Positions 61,107-64,000 of a DNA stretch of 64,000 bases are shown piece after piece (the first letter of the stretch is position 1; every line of letters starts with the position of its first letter). Made by a program: the position numbers and the translations under genes. Source of the stretch: Pristiophorus japonicus (lineage: Eukaryota); assembly GCF_044704955.1 (NCBI RefSeq), contig NC_092003.1, positions 4,216,001 to 4,280,000 of the forward strand, read 5' to 3'. Under the pieces are notes generated by a model. It saw only the letters and a program-made list of their open reading frames with translations. It had not been told where the DNA came from and made no database searches.

Positions 61107-61460
61107 CTGCCCTCGCTTGGGTCCACTGTTACCTATTAAGTCGCAGCCAGAGCATCTCCAGCAATGGTTTCTCTTTCTTCCCTCTCTGGTGCTCTCTCCC
61201 AAGAATCTATCCTTGGCCCCTCCTATTCCTCATCTGCTTGCTGCTGCTCGGCAACATCATCCAAAGCCATGCCATCAGGTTCCACATGTATGCTGACGAC
61301 ACCCAGCTCTACCTTTTCCACCACCTCTCTCAACTCCTCCACTGCCTCTGCGTTGTCAGCCTGCTAGTTCAACATCCAGTCCTGGATGAGCCTCAATTTC
61401 CTCCAGTATCACATTGGGAAGACCGAAGCCATTGTCTTCAGCTCCTCCACAAACTTCATA
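61107..61460 (+). mobile_element. L2-clade RT-domain internal fragment
   Basis: GALSQESILGP...LLFLIC...FHMYADDTQLY...KTEAIVF. Confidence 0.85.
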
Positions 61461-61549
61461 CCGCCGCCCACGCCCCCACCCCCATCCCATGTCGGATTCC
61501 ATCCCCTTCTTTGGCCAGTGGTTGAACCAGATTGTTTGCATCCTCGACA

Positions 61550-62042
61550 GTGTCAGCTGTGGCTCAGTGGGTATCACTCTCGCCTCTGAGTCAGAAGGTT
61601 GTGGGTTCAAGTCCCACTCCAGGGACTTTGGCACAAAAATCTAGGCTGACACTGCAGTGCAGTACTGAGGGAGTGCTGCACTGTCAGAGGGCAGTACTGA
61701 GGGAGCGCCGCACTGTCGGAAGTGCCGTCTTTCGGATGAGACGTTAAACCGAGGCCCCGTCTGGTGCCGAGGCCTCTCAGGTGGGCGTAAAGATCCCAAG
61801 GCACTATTTCGAAGAAGAGCAGAGTAATTTTCCCCGGTGTCCTGGGGTCAATATTTATTCCTTAATCAATATAACACAAAAACAGATGATATCATTATCA
61901 CATTACTGTTTGTGGGAGCTTGCTGTGCGCGAATTGGCTGCCGCGTTTCCCACATTACAACAGTACCTACACACTGAAAATACTTAATTGGCTGTAAAGC
62001 GCTTTGAGTGGTCGTGAAAGGTGCTATATAAATGCAAGTCTT
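61550..62042 (+). mobile_element. Deu-domain SINE, full length, 2 x 33-bp units
   Basis: Complete head (A and B boxes), core and tail. Confidence 0.9.
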
Positions 62043-62067
62043 GATTTATGACTGACTTCCCATCTTC

Positions 62068-62091
62068 CCCCCCCCCCCCCCCCCCCCCCCC
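62068..62091. repeat. Poly-C tract
   Basis: About 24 consecutive C. Confidence 0.9.
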
Positions 62092-63289
62092 ATAAACTTG
62101 AGCTCTGCAATATTTTTATATCGAGGGATCAGCCATGGCTCAGTGGTAGTAGATTATGGCCAGTTCCGGACACATATGCGGAGGAAACTCCAGGCCACAG
62201 TTAAAAAAAAATCTTGGAAGCAGTGCTGATGGAGGGAGATATCTTTTGAAATTCAACAAACAATATAATTGGTGTTTAAAATGTAAATTACTTATTTGAA
62301 TCAGAATGGTAATTTTTTTGTCCTTGGAATAGGACAAGTGCCAAAATACAGTCGCAAGGAAACGGATTTATAAATAATCTGGCCTTAAGAACCCTCCTTT
62401 TGTGCTCTTACAGCTCTTCTCACTGCCATTCTTGAAGTGATTGTACTACAGTATCCTGGTGTCTTTGTTCATTTTTGATGGCCATCATTTACATTTAAAT
62501 GACATGCTGAACATTTCAAACCGCTAAGCGCAGAAGAATTAGGATATCACATAACTGAAAGGTGATGAGAAATTTACTGCTGTGCTTGTCTGATTAACGT
62601 TGCAGTCTTAATTCCAACCTAAAGGCAGATAATCTCTGGAGGTCAGCAATGAATGTACTCTTTCTTCCTAACAAGGAAAAAAGAATCAGTGTGATTCAGT
62701 ATTGTCGCGCTTTGCGTTTAGGTTTTCCTTCAGAGACCCAGGTACTGAAGCCCCAGAAAAATGGACATTTCTCCATTGGTCCTCCAGCGGACAGTGATTC
62801 AAATCCTAATCTCAAATAACATTCTAATTATATTGCTGAAGGCATGCTTGTGAAAACATTTTGCTCTCATTGTAGTTTGATTTGATGAAATTATTAAGGC
62901 CATGCAGTTTTCAAATTTTACAATTACTTTCCGATTGTTACTTGGTAAGTTTTGGGTTCATCAAGCCAAGACCGATAAATGGAACATTTTTCAACTTTTT
63001 CTTGACTCACTGTCCAGATTCTCATCAAGCATTTCTCGTTTGGGTTTAGTGGAAGATAGGAAAATGTTCCAGCAACACTGACCCAAGAATGCTCCTTGTA
63101 TATTGTACTTAGTGCTGTGCTAATAACGCTGCTAGCTCCTGATGCACAGGTCAGGCATAACCTGTGGCAACACTGAAATAAACGCACCAGTAGAGTGGTC
63201 TTAGCCACAGGCCAAAGTGAATCTGATGAGCTGACTTTGGTCTTGCTGCCTGTTGCACAAGACCTGTTGTAGGGAGCTGTTGGCACTGT

Positions 63290-63985
63290 CATCCAGCATC
63301 GCCTTCAGTGTGCCAGTATAGCCTTCAGTCGCCTGAGGAAGAGAGTGTTTGAAGACCAGCTCATGGTCTGCAAATCAGCAGTGATACCCACCCTCCTATA
63401 TGCTTCAGAGACATGGACTATGTACAGCAGGCACCTCAAAGCACGAGAGAAGTACCACCAACGCTGCCTCCGCACCAACGTCAGTGTTCTCACTCAGGAA
63501 AAACATCTCCAGGATTGAAGCATTGACCACGCTCGATCAGCTCTGATGGACGGGCCACATCGTCCGCATACCCGATACTAGACTCCCAAAACAATAGCTC
63601 TACTCTGAGCTCGGACATGGCAGGCGAGTCCCAGGTGGGCAGAGGAAACGCCTCAAGGACACCCTCAAAGTCTCCTTGTAAAAAGTGCAACATCCCCACC
63701 GACACCTGGGAATCCCTGGCCCAAGACCGCTCAAAGTGGAGGAGGAGTATCCGGGAAGGTGCCGAACACCTCGAGTCTCTTCGCCGGGAGCACGCGGAAG
63801 CCAAGTGCAAACAGCGGAAGGAGCGCACGGCAACCCAGGCACCCCACCCACCCGTCCCTCCAACCACCGTCTGCCCCACCTGTGACAGACAGGGGTCCTG
63901 CATTGGACTCATCAGTCAACTGAGAACTCATATTAGTGTGGAAGCAAGTCATCCTCGACTCCGAGGGACTGCCTAAGAAGAAGAG
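63290..63985 (+). mobile_element. RTE LINE 3' fragment
   Basis: LLYASETWT...GHIVRIPDTRLPK...GGQRKRLKDTLK...CPTCDR; tail GAGGGACTGCCT(AAG)n. Confidence 0.92.
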
Positions 63986-64000
63986 CAAGATTCTAATCTC

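Noticed and set aside
61550-61625. SINE heads as tRNA genes
   Set aside because: A and B boxes are present but run straight into the Deu-SINE body; these are tRNA-derived SINE promoters.
63210-63270. CTGATGAG as a hammerhead core
   Set aside because: No downstream GAAA closing a stem II.

Overview
Repeat-dense, apparently intronic or intergenic vertebrate DNA. The repeat set (SacSINE1-like Deu-domain SINEs, CR1, L2, RTE, Penelope tails, GC-rich PIF/Harbinger-like MITEs) points to a shark or other cartilaginous fish; this is inference. I recognise no host protein-coding exon, and the ORF track is transposon debris or noise. The largest element is a near-complete but dead Mag-type Ty3/Gypsy provirus (42004-46637, 5-bp TSD, tRNA-Ser primer site). 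Three related solo LTRs are also present. The most unusual element is a ~250-bp retroposon with a 10-bp TSD, AATAAA and a short A-tail (57505-57753). It is built from U2 snRNA modules in permuted order (two stem III-like hairpins, stem-loop IV, then stem-loop I). Other oddities: a tRNA-Leu(CAG)+trailer+CR1 patchwork inside an RTE copy, an RTE-mobilised non-autonomous family with two different heads, a ~1.27-kb inversion splitting a SINE, SINE-born 33-bp minisatellites, hammerhead relics in Penelope tails and CTCF motifs in LTRs. Family names come from recalled consensus features, not a database search. Boundaries without TSDs are approximate.
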